Below, piece by piece: positions 12,701-24,691 of a DNA stretch of 64,000 nucleotides; the first letter of the stretch is position 1, and each line of letters begins with the position of its first letter. Position numbers and translations under genes: made by a program. Location: assembly GCF_011386835.1 (NCBI RefSeq), contig NC_088799.1:16616001-16680000 (forward strand), read 5' to 3'. The notes under the pieces were generated by a model. It was not told where the DNA came from and made no database searches. It saw nothing but the letters and a program-made list of their open reading frames with translations. The stretch comes from Chrysemys picta bellii. Lineage: Eukaryota.

Positions 12701-13669
12701 TGCCAAAATAGGGATATACCTGCCATCTATCACCCCACAACAATTCATGAACTGCACTGATGCAAATCCATCCACTATGTCTTGCACATTACCAAGAGTC
12801 CAGTCCTGCGTAGCATGACACTTGCATGACAGCTGCCCCCATGGTGGATTTTCCAACTCCAAAATAATTTCCCACTGACTGGTAGCAATCAATTTAGTGT
12901 TACAAATTTCCACAGTGCGATCACCACTCACTTCTCAACTGTCCATGCAGCTCTAATTCTGGTGTCTCTGTGCTGGAGGGCTGGGGATTCAGCATACAGA
13001 TCAAGGAGTGTGGCCTTTCACATCAGAAAATTCTGCAGCCAAGCCTTGTCTTCCCAAATCTGCATTATGATATGATCCCACCAGCCAGTGCTTGTTTCTC
13101 GGGCTCAGAAGCAGCATTGCACCGTTTGCAGCTGCTCCGTGAACTCCACCAACAACATTGAATTGGTTCTCGCTATGTCCCACAATAATCTGTCCTCCAA
13201 TAAATGTTTACATCCTCTGCTGCTGCAGTTCTTCTTGAAGCTCTGCAAATATCAGGATCATACATCCTTGTGTTCGCAATGCTTGTGACAAAAGTGTAGA
13301 GCTTTGTGGGCTCCATACTTCAGAGATGGCAGACAGTGAGAAATACTGTGCAGTTTTGTAGGATTTTTTTAAAAAGGCACCAAAATGAAGGGATATGGAT
13401 GACATTATGGGATAGAGAAAGATGCATGATGAGAACTTGACCCCTTTCTCCCCGGGTATTCCTGCCCCACCAGGCATTGCTAGTATTTCCCAAAAGACAG
13501 TGTGCTGGATGATGGTGAGTCGCACACTGGAATACCTATGCACGGTGCATTGCTATGCATCAACACAAGCATCCTGGTGAATATGCAGAGCACTGACGCA
13601 AGGAGCCAAAATACTAACCGGGGCAGCTTTATGCTTGCGTTGACCAAAGTTTGTAGTGTAGACATGGCC
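9780..13669. mobile_element. Decayed PIF/Harbinger DNA transposon (about 3.9 kb) in LRRC34 intron 1
   Basis: TIRs ggcctggtctatactacaaa / tttgtagtgtagacatggcc. Plus-strand Myb/SANT-like fragments (about 10190-10560, W...DLLGLW...YNELHAIL). Minus-strand frameshifted DDE transposase (about 12000-13300, CCGVIDGRYIPI, GKMHDAYIF, GDPAY). Confidence 0.88.
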
Positions 13670-14110
13670 AAAAAGTCAAGATGGTTCATAGTCCCAGATC
13701 CTAATACTTGTCCTAGATGCTCAAAATGAGTAGCCTGAAATGCATTTTTTCCATCCAGAAATGGCTAAGTGGTTGAACTATTCCCCTCTGTTATGGCCTC
13801 ATTACAGAGATTCATGCATGTGAATTCTCCAGACTGCATTATTGCAACACACACTCTTACCTGGTGTTAGCACTAAAGATCACTCTGGGCTTGTCTGTAT
13901 GGAGAGTTAGTGCGTGGGAAATAGTGTAAATCTACAGTGCTCTAGCCTGCCATGTACTAACTAGTCATCTGGAAACTCCTACAGGACACTAAAAGTCTAT
14001 AGCGTGCTTTGACTTACTGCTGTCTCTCAATTTCGTAGGGGCCCAGATTCTATATGATGGGCACGTTAGAAATGCATAAAACTGTCTACTAAATTGCTTT
14101 TATTTTTAAG

Positions 14111-14231
14111 CTGTCATGTCAACTCGTCTAAGTCTCCATAAACAGTATTTGCAAACCTGCCAAGAGTCGAGCCAGCTAGAAAACCCTTTCATAGCCCACA
14201 TGCTTGAAGAAGCTGAGAAAGCAGATATAAC
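14111..14231 (+). CDS. LRRC34: LRRC34 coding exon 2 (VMSTRLSLHKQYLQTCQESSQLENPFIAHMLEEAEKADIT; ATG at 14116)
   Basis: tttttaag| acceptor, AC|GTAAGG donor; resembles recalled human GLQKHYSNLC...INPFILHILQE. Confidence 0.88.
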
Positions 14232-14554
14232 GTAAGGAAATAATAAATAGCATATTTTAAATACTTCTGAAAGCTTTGGACAGCGTAACAGAACCAGGAA
14301 TGGAATGATGAAAAAGGACAGTTCTCTGGTTTAAACACACATCACTTTTTTGGGGTTTAGATTTTATTGCAGGAGTTCTGGTTTAATTCAAGTTGACAAC
14401 AGCTTGGCAAAAGTCTGTAGCTGCATATTCCTGCCAGGCAGAAAACTCAAAAAGTACAAAACATATAGGGCAGTAGTTTCCAAACTACGCAAGCTCTCGT
14501 CAACAGGTACGTGAGAAAAATCCTGTAATGGTGGACAACGCATTTTATTTAGTA

Positions 14555-14901
14555 CAGAGGTTCTCAAACTGGAGCATGCCCTGGAGGAATGTTCGTGTGG
14601 TTGGAGAGGGAGGTGTGAGCGGCGACGCCAGGCAGCTCAGGCCAGCCCCAACTGGCAGGGCTCGGGGAGGGAGTGTCATCTTCACTGCCTGTCTCACCTT
14701 GGGCCAGCCCCAGGCAGCAGGGCTTGGGCGGTGGGGAGCGCCACCTCCACCCTGACTCATCTCAGCATGCCACCCAAATTTGAGCTGAGCCCCACCCTTT
14801 GAGTTACAATTTTTGGATGTGCCCCCCCCAACCCAGACAGGCCTGGCGTCGCCACTCACCCCTCAGAACGTTTCTTTGCACCCCACAGTTTGAAAACCTT
14901 T
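14555..14901. mobile_element. hAT-like MITE
   Basis: TIR-like cagaggttctcaaact / agtttgaaaacct; GC-rich interior. Confidence 0.55.
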
Positions 14902-14945
14902 AGAAGCTGCCACAAGTACTCCTGTTGTTTATTCAAGGTAAAGTG

Positions 14946-15680
14946 ACCGGTTAACACCTCTGCAGTCATAGGATAAAAAGAAGGGGTTAGTGGGTTACAG
15001 ATTGTTGTAATAAGCCATAAATCCACTGTCTCTGGTCAGCCCATGATTTTTGGTATCTAGCAGAGTAATGAATTTAAGCTCCCAGGCTCATCTTTTGAAA
15101 GTAGGTTTCATTTGAGGATGAGGACCGATATGTCAGATATAGATCACTTTGTGAAAAGTGTTCACCCAGAGGTGATAGGGTGTTTTTGTCCTTTATCATT
15201 TTTCTAAGTGAGTTCTTTCGAGAGCATAGTGATTGCCTGGTTTCACATAATTGTTATTTGGGCATTTAGTGCACTGGATGACATATACCACATGTTGTGA
15301 TAGGCATGTATAGGACCCATGGATCTTGAAAGGTATGTTGATCATTGTGGCAGTGGAGATATGTCTGCAGGTTTTGCATCTGTTGTTCCGGCAGGGTCTG
15401 ATGCTGCTTTGAGTTGGTGTATCCTGGTCTGCGGAGATCTTGCTTCTGACGACGAGCTTGGAGAGGTTGGGGGGTAGTTTGAAGGCCAGAAGTGGAGGTT
15501 CAGGAAAGATTTCTTTCAGGTTGGGGGGGTCCTGTTTGAGTCTGGGTTGTGGTTGTTTGATGGCACTGTGTATGGGTTCCAGTGTAGGGTGCTGGCTATA
15601 GATGACAGATTTCTTTGTGTGTTTGGGGTGGTCTGAGGAAAGATGATGTAGAGAAAATGGAAAGAGAACTGCTTTCTTCT
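14946..15680 (-). mobile_element. Penelope-like (Neptune-type) retroelement fragment: RT thumb, Cys-rich linker and GIY-YIG endonuclease, frameshifted
   Basis: Minus-strand translations: HPKHTKKSVIYSQ (RT thumb), PCRNNRCKTCRHI, VVYVIQCTKCPNNNYV(G)ETRQSL, ELKFITLLDTKNHGLTRD. Confidence 0.85.
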
Positions 15681-16022
15681 GTGCTCAGTTATTGAGGATG
15701 GGGTAGAGTAAAACAAAGGAAAAAGGAGAGACTGAACCTTCCAGAATAATCTCCTGAATAATTTTGTTGCTAAAATTCTAAGTGGGTTCTTGTGGCAGTA
15801 TAGTGTATCAGGCAGTCAAAATGGACAATTATGAATTACAGCTAGTATAGCATTGTTCTCCATGGATTTTTTTGATCCAGATTTCACAATCCTGATAAAT
15901 ATACTAGTGAGGGGGAAGCACTATTGCATCTCCATCCCATGATACATATAGAACTAATACTTTGTATAGTGTTTCTTTCTCCTGCCATCCTTATGTTTTA
16001 AAGTATTTCTACATTACAACAG

Positions 16023-16144
16023 ATTGACAAAAGGGATCACATTAAAAATAGCTGGAAATAACCGCTTGGTGCCAGTACAGAAAGTTACAGATGAGGATTT
16101 TCGAATGCTTGCCTGCATCTTAAGCAATAACACATTTGTTACAG
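16023..16144 (+). CDS. LRRC34: LRRC34 coding exon 3
   Basis: LTKGITLKIAGNNRLVPVQKVTDEDF...; cag| and G|GTATGT; phases consistent. Confidence 0.95.
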
Positions 16145-16284
16145 GTATGTCGTCTCATTACTTCATATCTCTTTATAAATTGGAAACAAGAAACAGTTCT
16201 TTCTTCTTACCTTTCATGTGGAGATCAATTAGTTATTAATAAGTGTTGTTAGTCTTATTTATTTCTGTATTCTTTGCCTTTCAG

Positions 16285-16349
16285 GGCTGGACCTTAGATA
16301 TAATGTATTAACTGATGTTGGAGCAGAGCATGCTGCAAAATTCCTTCAG
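16285..16349 (+). CDS. LRRC34: LRRC34 coding exon 4
   Basis: GLDLRYNVLTDVGAEHAAKFLQ; tttcag| and CAG|GTAGTT. Confidence 0.95.
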
Positions 16350-17441
16350 GTAGTTTTCTCTGGGCCAGAATATTTGATTTTTTCCTCAAGTTTGTGGTTT
16401 CATTGGCCATGATAACATTTATGTGCAATATATTGGTGACAGTATGTGTTGTTTTGGAAAAATTCCAGAAATCTTGGCTTTGCATATCCAGATCCATCAA
16501 TTTATAATATCAGATTGCATTCATCATAAACTTTTTGCAGTTGTTTCAATATATGTGGTTTTTACAGTACAGTCTGCATTTGTGTAGCATTTTGGTAATA
16601 TATTGTGCCTGACAAAATTAACGGAAATGCACAAAAACATAATGTATATCCTTAGTATGTATGGAAACTTAAAAACATAGGCTTCTAGTGCCCGCCAGAA
16701 GCAAGCTATATACAGGAATCCCTGTAGTCTGCAACTCCCTATCTATGGAGTTAGCTCATTGCTTCAGAATCATGCTCCGAAACTAAACTTTCATTTTAAA
16801 ATGAAAATTTATGCTTCTAGCTCTAATAGTTGTGTAGAAAATCTTGAAAATGTGATCCGTGTAAACCAGTGCAGTATTGCTTTCCTGAGCCTGCTGACAG
16901 CCTGAAACAGTACCTCTGAGGCATATACTATTGCAGTCTTTTCCCGGGGCTTTGAACTGAAACCTAAGGATGACAATTTAAATATCAACAGTATTAACTT
17001 TTTTATTGATGATCATGTTAGTAGCGTTTTAGCACTGGTATCCCCCAGTCCCAAGCTGCCTCCCACACCTCCCTAATTATCTAAACAAATACTTCCCCAC
17101 TTGCCTAAACCTCCGATTTGCCCCTTGTCATCTTCTGTGATGAGGTTATTTGTTGTAGGTACAAAAACCTTTGGCATGTTGAAAACTGAATATGCAAATG
17201 TAGCAGTTTGAAGCTGGGCCATTGGTTAATAAGGATGTTTGTTAGTTTTTGGTTAATCACTGCTGTGTTCATTTTTGTGTTGTTTTTAAATGTTGGTGCT
17301 CAACATATTAATTATGGAGAAAACAGTTTCTAAACAAAATGTCTTTCAAACCCGTGTGAGGCATCAGCTCTTTAAAATGAGAAAATGCTCTGTAAAATAT
17401 ATTTCTGAGTTTGGCGTTGGTTTCCTGTTTGTGTACTGTAG

Positions 17442-17525
17442 GAAAACTCAACCCTGCACTACCTCAATCTGATGTTTAATGATATTTGCACCAATGGAGC
17501 AGAATTGATAGCTAAAGCATTGCAT
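17442..17525 (+). CDS. LRRC34: LRRC34 coding exon 5
   Basis: ENSTLHYLNLMFNDICTNGAELIAKALH; tag| and CAT|GTAAGT. Confidence 0.95.
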
Positions 17526-18317
17526 GTAAGTATTAATCGATATACTATAGTAATTTTGACAATAGCATCTGATTTGATATTGTATCTTCTGATGGACATC
17601 AGCATCAAAGTGAATCTGAAAACCCCCTTTTCTTTCCTTATATCCAGTATTTGTTGTAACAAAGAGATTGCTTTGTCTTCTCAAGACAGACTGTATCTTG
17701 CTACTTTTAGATCATCTTTCAGAAGAAGAGAAAACTGGCCTCTGCAGCCATTGATATTTATTGATTTCAACTATAAAATAGCTGGATATCTCTTTGAAAA
17801 TCATGAAACTGAAAAATAAAACAAAATGTCATGTATTTCATCAAAATTTGATGGGACAAAATTTTACACAATTCCATACATAGCCAAGTATTTTTTTTTA
17901 ATTTTCCATTATGTTCTGAAACTTGCTATCAGATGCCTTTTATATGCCTATTTTTGTCTTTGTTTTTAAATTTTCCTTTTTTATGGTGACATTATTTGCC
18001 TTGACATCAGTTTGTCTAGGACATCACTGTATAATCTCACATATCAGCATTATAAAATGTGTTTTTTATAATTTCACATTTAAATTGCTCATAATAGATT
18101 TTTCAGCACAATTTCTGTTACAGTGGCACTGAGGAATTAAAAAATTAAAATTATTGTGTATACACTACAGCTAGGGCCTCATCCTGCAAATGCTTAGGGC
18201 CTGATCCAATGCCCACTGAAGTCAATGGGAATATTTTCCTTGACTTCAGTGGACTTTGGATCAAGCCCTTAGTTTGCCAAAAAAGAGGCCAATCATGCAA
18301 AGATCTGTGCACAAGCT

Positions 18318-18911
18318 TAGGGTTACCATATTTTGAGTGTCCAAAAGGAGGACACTCCACGGGGCCCCGGCCCCAGCCCCGCCCACGCCCCCGCCCCAAC
18401 TCTGCCCCCTCCCCTGCTTCCCGTGAACATTTGATTCGCGGGAAGCCTGAAGCAGGTAAGGGGGGAGTGGGGGGAGGAGGCGTGGCCCAGTCTGGCCCCC
18501 CCGGCGTCTCCAGCCTGGGTCAGCTCGGGCCCTGGGGTGCCGGGCTTGGCCCCCGGCTGAGCACCCCCGGCCCGCCCAGCACTGTCGTTCCCCGGCCCAG
18601 CCCCCGGCCCGCCCAGCACTGCCGGTCCCTGGCCCGGCCCCCGGCTCAGCACCCCCAGCCCCGGCTCGGCACCGCTGGCCCGGCCCCCGGCTGGGCACCG
18701 CTGGCCCCCGGCCCCCGGCTCGGCCCCGCACCGCCGGCCCGGTCCCCGGCCCCCGGCTCGGCACCGCCAGCCCGGCCCCCGGCTCAGCACTGCCGGCCCC
18801 CGGCCCGATTTTCCCGGACATGTCCCGATTTTTGGGATTTCCCCCCGGACGGGGATTTGGAGCCCAAAAAGCCGGACATGTCCGGGAAAATCCGGACGTA
18901 TAGTAACCCTA
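18318..18911. mobile_element. Young hAT MITE with GC-rich VNTR interior
   Basis: TIRs tagggttaccata / tatagtaacccta; perfect 8-bp TSD CACAAGCT (18310-18317, 18912-18919). Same family as 50264-51033, opposite orientation. Confidence 0.92.
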
Positions 18912-19396
18912 CACAAGCTTAACTGTCTGTACTTTGATTACTCATGTGATAAAGGCAGATGAAAGACCTGCAAACTTATAGTTTTCTAAATTAAAAAATT
19001 CAGCTATTAGCTAAATATGTGAAATTACAGCCATTATAATAAAATATAATGATGAATGGATTTAACTCTATTTTTAAGCAGTTTAGACACAAATATCAGT
19101 CTGGAATTCTTTAATATACATATGAAAATTGGTAGATTATAGTGGAAGCACAGATACCCATAAATAATTCAGAGCCCTCCCACCCTTTCAAATCCTTATG
19201 CTCTTGGTAGACTTTACTCAGGCAGCTAGTCCCAGTGAAAAGATAGGCATCTACTTAGTTACTGTTAGCAATTGGCTGTATTCCTTACAGAAGATGACAT
19301 TTTGTCTTTATGCCACAATTAAAAAATCTGTAGTAAAATGTATAATATCACAGCTTAGATCATTTCAGGGAAATCCTTTTAAATTTTCTTGCCTAG

Positions 19397-19525
19397 AGGA
19401 ATGAAACGCTCCTACACCTGAGAATGACTGGCAACAAAATTGAAAACAAAGGTGGGATGTACTTTGCTTCAATGCTGCAAATTAATTCGACCTTAGAGAA
19501 GTTAGATCTTGGAGACTGTGATCTG
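19397..19525 (+). CDS. LRRC34: LRRC34 coding exon 6
   Basis: RNETLLHLRMTGNKIENKGGMYFASMLQINSTLEKLDLGDCDL; ctag| and CTG|GTGAGT. Confidence 0.96.
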
Positions 19526-19587
19526 GTGAGTAAAGTAAAATTATCAACTTAAACTACAAACTAATAGCCTTTCAAGTGTATTATAAA

Positions 19588-19711
19588 TAGGGAGACCAGA
19601 TAGCAACTGTGAAAAAACGGGACAGGTGGTGGGGTGTAATAGGCGCCTGTATAAGAAAAAGTCCCCAAAAACGAGACTGTCCCTTTAAAAACGGGACATC
19701 AGGTCACCCTA
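19588..19711. mobile_element. Short hAT MITE (124 bp)
   Basis: TIRs tagggagaccagat / atcaggtcacccta; perfect 8-bp TSD ATTATAAA. Confidence 0.88.
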
Positions 19712-19945
19712 ATTATAAAGGTCCTGTGGTTAAATTAGTGGAAGATGCCATCTGTTGCCATTTGTTTTGTATACTGTGATATCTTCAACTATCACAAAAT
19801 ATCCTGTTGCAACTAGCAAGATGCACTTGGAAGGGCCTGTAGCATAGTGTGTTTATAGGAGTATGTGATGTAGTACATCATAACCTCTAACTGTCAGTTC
19901 CTTTACTCCCAAAGAGCCATTAGAGGAGTTTGACTGTTGTTCTGT

Positions 19946-21040
19946 TGTGACGTTCCCCACTTGTGTTATCTGGACTGGTGATCTACTAGGTCTCTCCAAT
20001 CCTAGACTCTGGGAGCCAGCCTTACCCTGCTCTGCTGTGAGATCCCCCACTCCTGGGCTGTTCACGCACAGCCTCTGGCACATAAGCTGCCTCTTGGATT
20101 GTGCAACCGAATGACACTAGCCAATATCTCTGGTCCCAAACACAACCCTAGGAACCTCTGTCTTTCAGTGTCCAGTTATGCCCGCTGGATGCTGCAAGCT
20201 TGTTTGAGTTTGTCAATTTAACAAAGAAATTGATATGTACCAGGTTTGTTATCCCAAGGAGAGTCTCTGACACACTTCAAACCAAACACACTGCTTCAGG
20301 TAGAATAAACAAACAGATTTATTAACTACAAAGATACATTTTAAGTGATTATAAATCAAAGCATAACAAGTCAGATTTGATCAAATGTAATAAAAGCAAA
20401 ACACATTCTAAGCTGATCTTAACACTTTCAATGCCCTTACAAACTTAGATGCTTCTCACCACAGGCTGGCTGGTTGTTCTTCAGCCAGGCTCTCCCCTTT
20501 GATCGGCGCTTCAGTCGCTTGGTGTGGTGTCTGTAGATGTAGGTGGAAGAGAGAGAGAGAGCATGGCAAACGTCTCTCCCTTTTATCATGTGCTTTCTTC
20601 CCTCTTGGCTTTGCCCCCCGCTCCTCCTTCAGAGTCAGGTTAGCATTACCTCATCGCAGTCCCAAACTGGCCAAAGGAAGGGGGGTGACTCACTCCAGAG
20701 TCCAACAGATCCTTTTGTTGCTGCCTAGGCCAGTGTCCTTTGTTCCTGTGAGGCTGGGCTGGGTTTGTCCCATACCTGCCCTGATGAAGTGTGAACTGCC
20801 TCTCTGCTCTTGGAGAGTTTTTGCCTGGGGTTATTTTAAGCCATGAGCATACATATTTCAGCCTCATAACTACATACATGAAATTATAACCTATAACATA
20901 ACTGTAACAACAATGCTCAGTGTATCATGAGCCTTCTGAAGACACACAACATGACACACTTTGCATTGGATGCCACACAATCATTTTACAAGGGTGAACC
21001 TGGGGATGCTGGATGTTTCCCTGTGGTACAGAGTGTCAGA
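19946..21040 (-). mobile_element. Solo LTR (about 1.1 kb)
   Basis: TGTGAC...GTCAGA termini; flanks tctgt/actgt; minus-strand AATAAA near 20318. Confidence 0.7.
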
Positions 21041-21894
21041 ACTGTACTCTCTAATATTTTGAGAGATTCAGTTTGTGTTATATATGTCATATCATCCAGA
21101 GCTCATGTAATTCATGTAAGAAAGAGATTCCTTATTCCCTAAGGGCTCTTTTCATTCTAAAGTAGCTTCTGCAGGGGTATAAAGCATTGAAAGGTGCACT
21201 CCCTTTCAAGAAGTGCTCTTCTCTCATTATCAGCTACATTGTGTCAAAAGCACTATTGTGTGGATGCACATGGATGCCACCAGCTTCCCCTAGATGGAGT
21301 CACAGACTACCCAGTCTAGTTGTCAGGCCATCCGTATACGTCAGTGGGTTCTTCCCTGGAGAACAGGGCTGCTAATATAAGTAATTAAAGTTTCTAGTGG
21401 AGGGTACTGTCTGAGTGAAGAAACCTATGGAAAATGAGGTTTCATTTTAAGTTTACTAATATTTCTGGTGCTCCCAAACTGGAAGGTGAAAATGCCTTTA
21501 AAAATTAAAGATATTACAAGCATGTATACTGGGAAGATATAGTCACCACAGATAAACACAGCTCTTAGAAGCTTTGGATAATTGTACTTCTATGCTTGAG
21601 TAAAATCAGTTTAAGGGAGAATCTCCTGCTTTGCTATGTGATTATAAAAACAGTAGCATAACCGGCTTGTCAAAAGACAGTGTTCCTTTGACAGTTCAAC
21701 GTGTTACAGATGTATGACTGAGGGGAAAGGAATAAAAAATCAGAACTGGAATCTATAGTAGAACCTCACTAGTTTGACTTCACTGATTCACATACTTCAT
21801 AATTTTCATGTGATGCATATCCACTTAATATGAAGATAATTAATAGAAGTGTGTTAGCTTTAGTGAGTTCTCATCTACCCTGCTCCTCACCCTT

Positions 21895-22690
21895 GGCTTG
21901 GGGAGCCGTGCATACCACAATCCCCACCTTACCGCAGGGAACTCTACCCTCCAAAACCCTAACCAGAGAGGCCAACCCACCTCAATTCCAGCCTTATTTT
22001 AGTGACCTCCTACCCATCCTATTCTTGTCCTAAGGGTTATACCTTCCACAACGCCTACCCTAACCCAAGCCGGGGAGCCGCACTCTCTACAGCCCTAACC
22101 TTAGCCCGGAGAGGCCTGTTCACTTGAACACTAACCCTGGACCAAGGAGCCCAGTCCTAACACTAGCCTAGGGAGCCCTACCCAGCCCTATCCTCAGCCT
22201 GTCCTCTGGAGCCCTACCCGCCAGAACCCTACCCCTAGCCTCAGGAATCCTACGCTCTTAACCACTAAACTTAGCTAGGAACCCTACACTCCACAATGCT
22301 AACCCTAGTGCAGCTAGAGCCACTGACCTGAAAGCTAACCTTTGCGCCACATCCCTAATACTAGCCCATTTTAGACATACGCACCTGAACACTAACTCTT
22401 GCTCTGGGAAACCTACCCTCCACAGTCATAGTCGTAGCTGAAGAAGGCTTACCCACTTGAACCCTAACCTGGAGAACCATACCCACCTGAACCCAAACCC
22501 TACTCACCTGAACCCTAACCCTCACCTGGAGAGCCCTGCCCTCCACAACCCTAACCTTAGCCCAGAGAGCACTCCCCTCCATAACACTTACCCTAGCTCA
22601 GTGAAGCCCACCTACCTGAACCCTAACCTTAGCCCTGATAGCCCTGCGTTCCACAACCCTATCCCGAACCCGGGGAGCTCTGCCCCCTAT
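21895..22690. repeat. Degenerate 36-bp minisatellite containing telomeric CCCTAA hexamers
   Basis: Units starting aaccctaacc(c/t)t at 22511, 22547, 22583 (degenerate), 22619 and 22655; more decayed copies back to about 21900. Confidence 0.85.
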
Positions 22691-23065
22691 ATCCATGGTA
22701 TTACTAACAGTTTTACCCCATACATTACGAAAAATTCTTCCCCTCATTAATCAGATTCTGTTTATTTTCAGCAGGTCTCATAGTAATTCATGCCAAATTA
22801 TTTGAGTTCCATTCTCTTAACATCCTTTGCCTGCTGGTATTTTCAGGAAATGTTTGTATGTATTGCAGTACTGCAGAGGCAGATGACCACTGAATATCTC
22901 CAACACACATGGAGCTAAAAATAATAGTATTTCTAACTCATGTCAATTTGATATTTATGATCTTCTAAAAATACATCCTGTAAGGAGGCATGGTATCTTT
23001 GGTATGTTGCTTTATTTATATATTGAACAGGTTTCTCTAAAAAGTTTATCTGTTTTCGTTTTCAG

Positions 23066-23161
23066 GGTACACAAAGTCTAATAGCAATAGCAACAGTTAT
23101 GAGCCATAACAAAGCGATGAAAGCACTAAACCTAAACCGTCCTATACTGTACAGCCAAGAG
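23066..23161 (+). CDS. LRRC34: LRRC34 coding exon 7
   Basis: GTQSLIAIATVMSHNKAMKALNLNRPILYSQE; ttcag| and GAG|GTATGT. Confidence 0.96.
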
Positions 23162-24536
23162 GTATGTGTATATACTGTAGGGTCAGTTCAATTAAACAGA
23201 TATACGCTTACAGAGAAGCAATACTGATACTTTTATGGAGGCTGTGGAAGCAGAGAAAGAACTGACAGGAAGGGGATGCAATGCATGATAGTTCTTTCTC
23301 TGCTTCCACAAGGCCTATAGTGATCTTGGACTGTATGTCTCTCTGGGGCTTCTTTATATGCTTGTCTGAGAGCTGCCAGGGTTGTTTTTTAAGTCTTTCT
23401 GCCCAAGGAAGAGAGAACACCAAGAAAAAAGATTGTAGACAGACTCAGGGGCCAAGATTTTCATACCTCCTTGCCTAGGGTTATGCTCCTGAATCATAAT
23501 TTAGGCACACGAAGAAACAGCTTTCTTTTCAAAGTGCTCAGTTCTTAACCTCAATAGAGCAGTTGGATGATCAGCCCTTATTTAGGGGTTGTCTAAATGG
23601 AAATTGCAGAGTAAGAGTGGCTTTTTTTGTTTAGCTTAAACTCTTTCCTAAGTGACATAAACAGAACCAAAGAAATGTCACTCTTAAAATGAGGTAAGTG
23701 TCCATTTGGCAGTTCTGACAGTATAACTACATCAGTTTAAATTCACACCTTGGCTTTTATTGAAAAAACTTCCCTGTGTAGACAAGACTGTAGGTGCCTA
23801 ACCATGGATTTAGGAGCCTAATTTTAGGCTCCTGCTTTTGAAAAAATCTGGACCAGAATAAACACCACGCTATACTAAGGGCCCAATCCAACACCCAGTG
23901 AAGATTATGGGAGTCTTCCCATTTGTTACTCTTCTCTGGTCTGTAGGCTTCTCCATTGTGTCTACCTGACTGAAGCCCCATATAAATTATTGTCTTAACC
24001 AAAGGTGATAACTTTGAAACCAATTCGCTGCCTCTTATAGAGGCAGGATATATGTTTTTTCTATAGTTAATCCCTCTTTCAAAGACTTCTGCTCTTCATA
24101 AAATAATTGTTGATACCTATTTCTGTTACACCATTGGCGTCAATAGGAATTGGATCAAGTCCTAAAACATTGTGTCATGGAAACTTGGAAAAGAAATGAT
24201 CAAGGTAGATGAGAGAACTAGTAGTTGTTAGTGTATTGACTTGCCTGAGATTTACACTACAGGGATATACAGTTCTGTAAATCTGCAGCCACATTTTGGT
24301 AACTTTCACTATTTTCCCAGTGATCACAATAAGAAATTGTTTCCTAATTTTTTGTATATCAAGTTGTAATACATCAGAAGGAAGATGAGTTAAGGCCAAA
24401 TTCTGCTCTTTGACATCTACCGTTGACTGCAGGGAAGGTTGTACTTGTTCTCGGGGCCAAACACCAAAGAGTGGTGTTTGACCCTAAAAACTGATCTGAC
24501 GTTAAAATTATAGTTTAACTGAGATTTTATTTTTAG

Positions 24537-24691
24537 GAAGAAACCACAGTTCACACAGCTCTAATGATGAAAAATAACTCGTGTCTTATGGAACTGCATT
24601 TGTGCAAACATGAAATTAAGAACTTCGGTGTGGAGCGACTGTGTGATGCATTGTATGAAAACCACAGCCTGCGATATCTTGACCTCAGTTG
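24537..24691 (+). CDS. LRRC34: LRRC34 coding exon 8
   Basis: EETTVHTALMMKNNSCLMELHLCKHEIKNFGVERLCDALYENHSLRYLDLS; ttttag| and TG|GTAAAA. Confidence 0.96.

Noticed and set aside
21895-22750. CTAACCCT hits as a telomerase RNA template, and the 97-aa NPN-rich ORF (22457-22750)
   Set aside because: Hits are scattered through a tandem repeat with no TERC domains; LNPNP is simply the translation of CCCTAA repeats.
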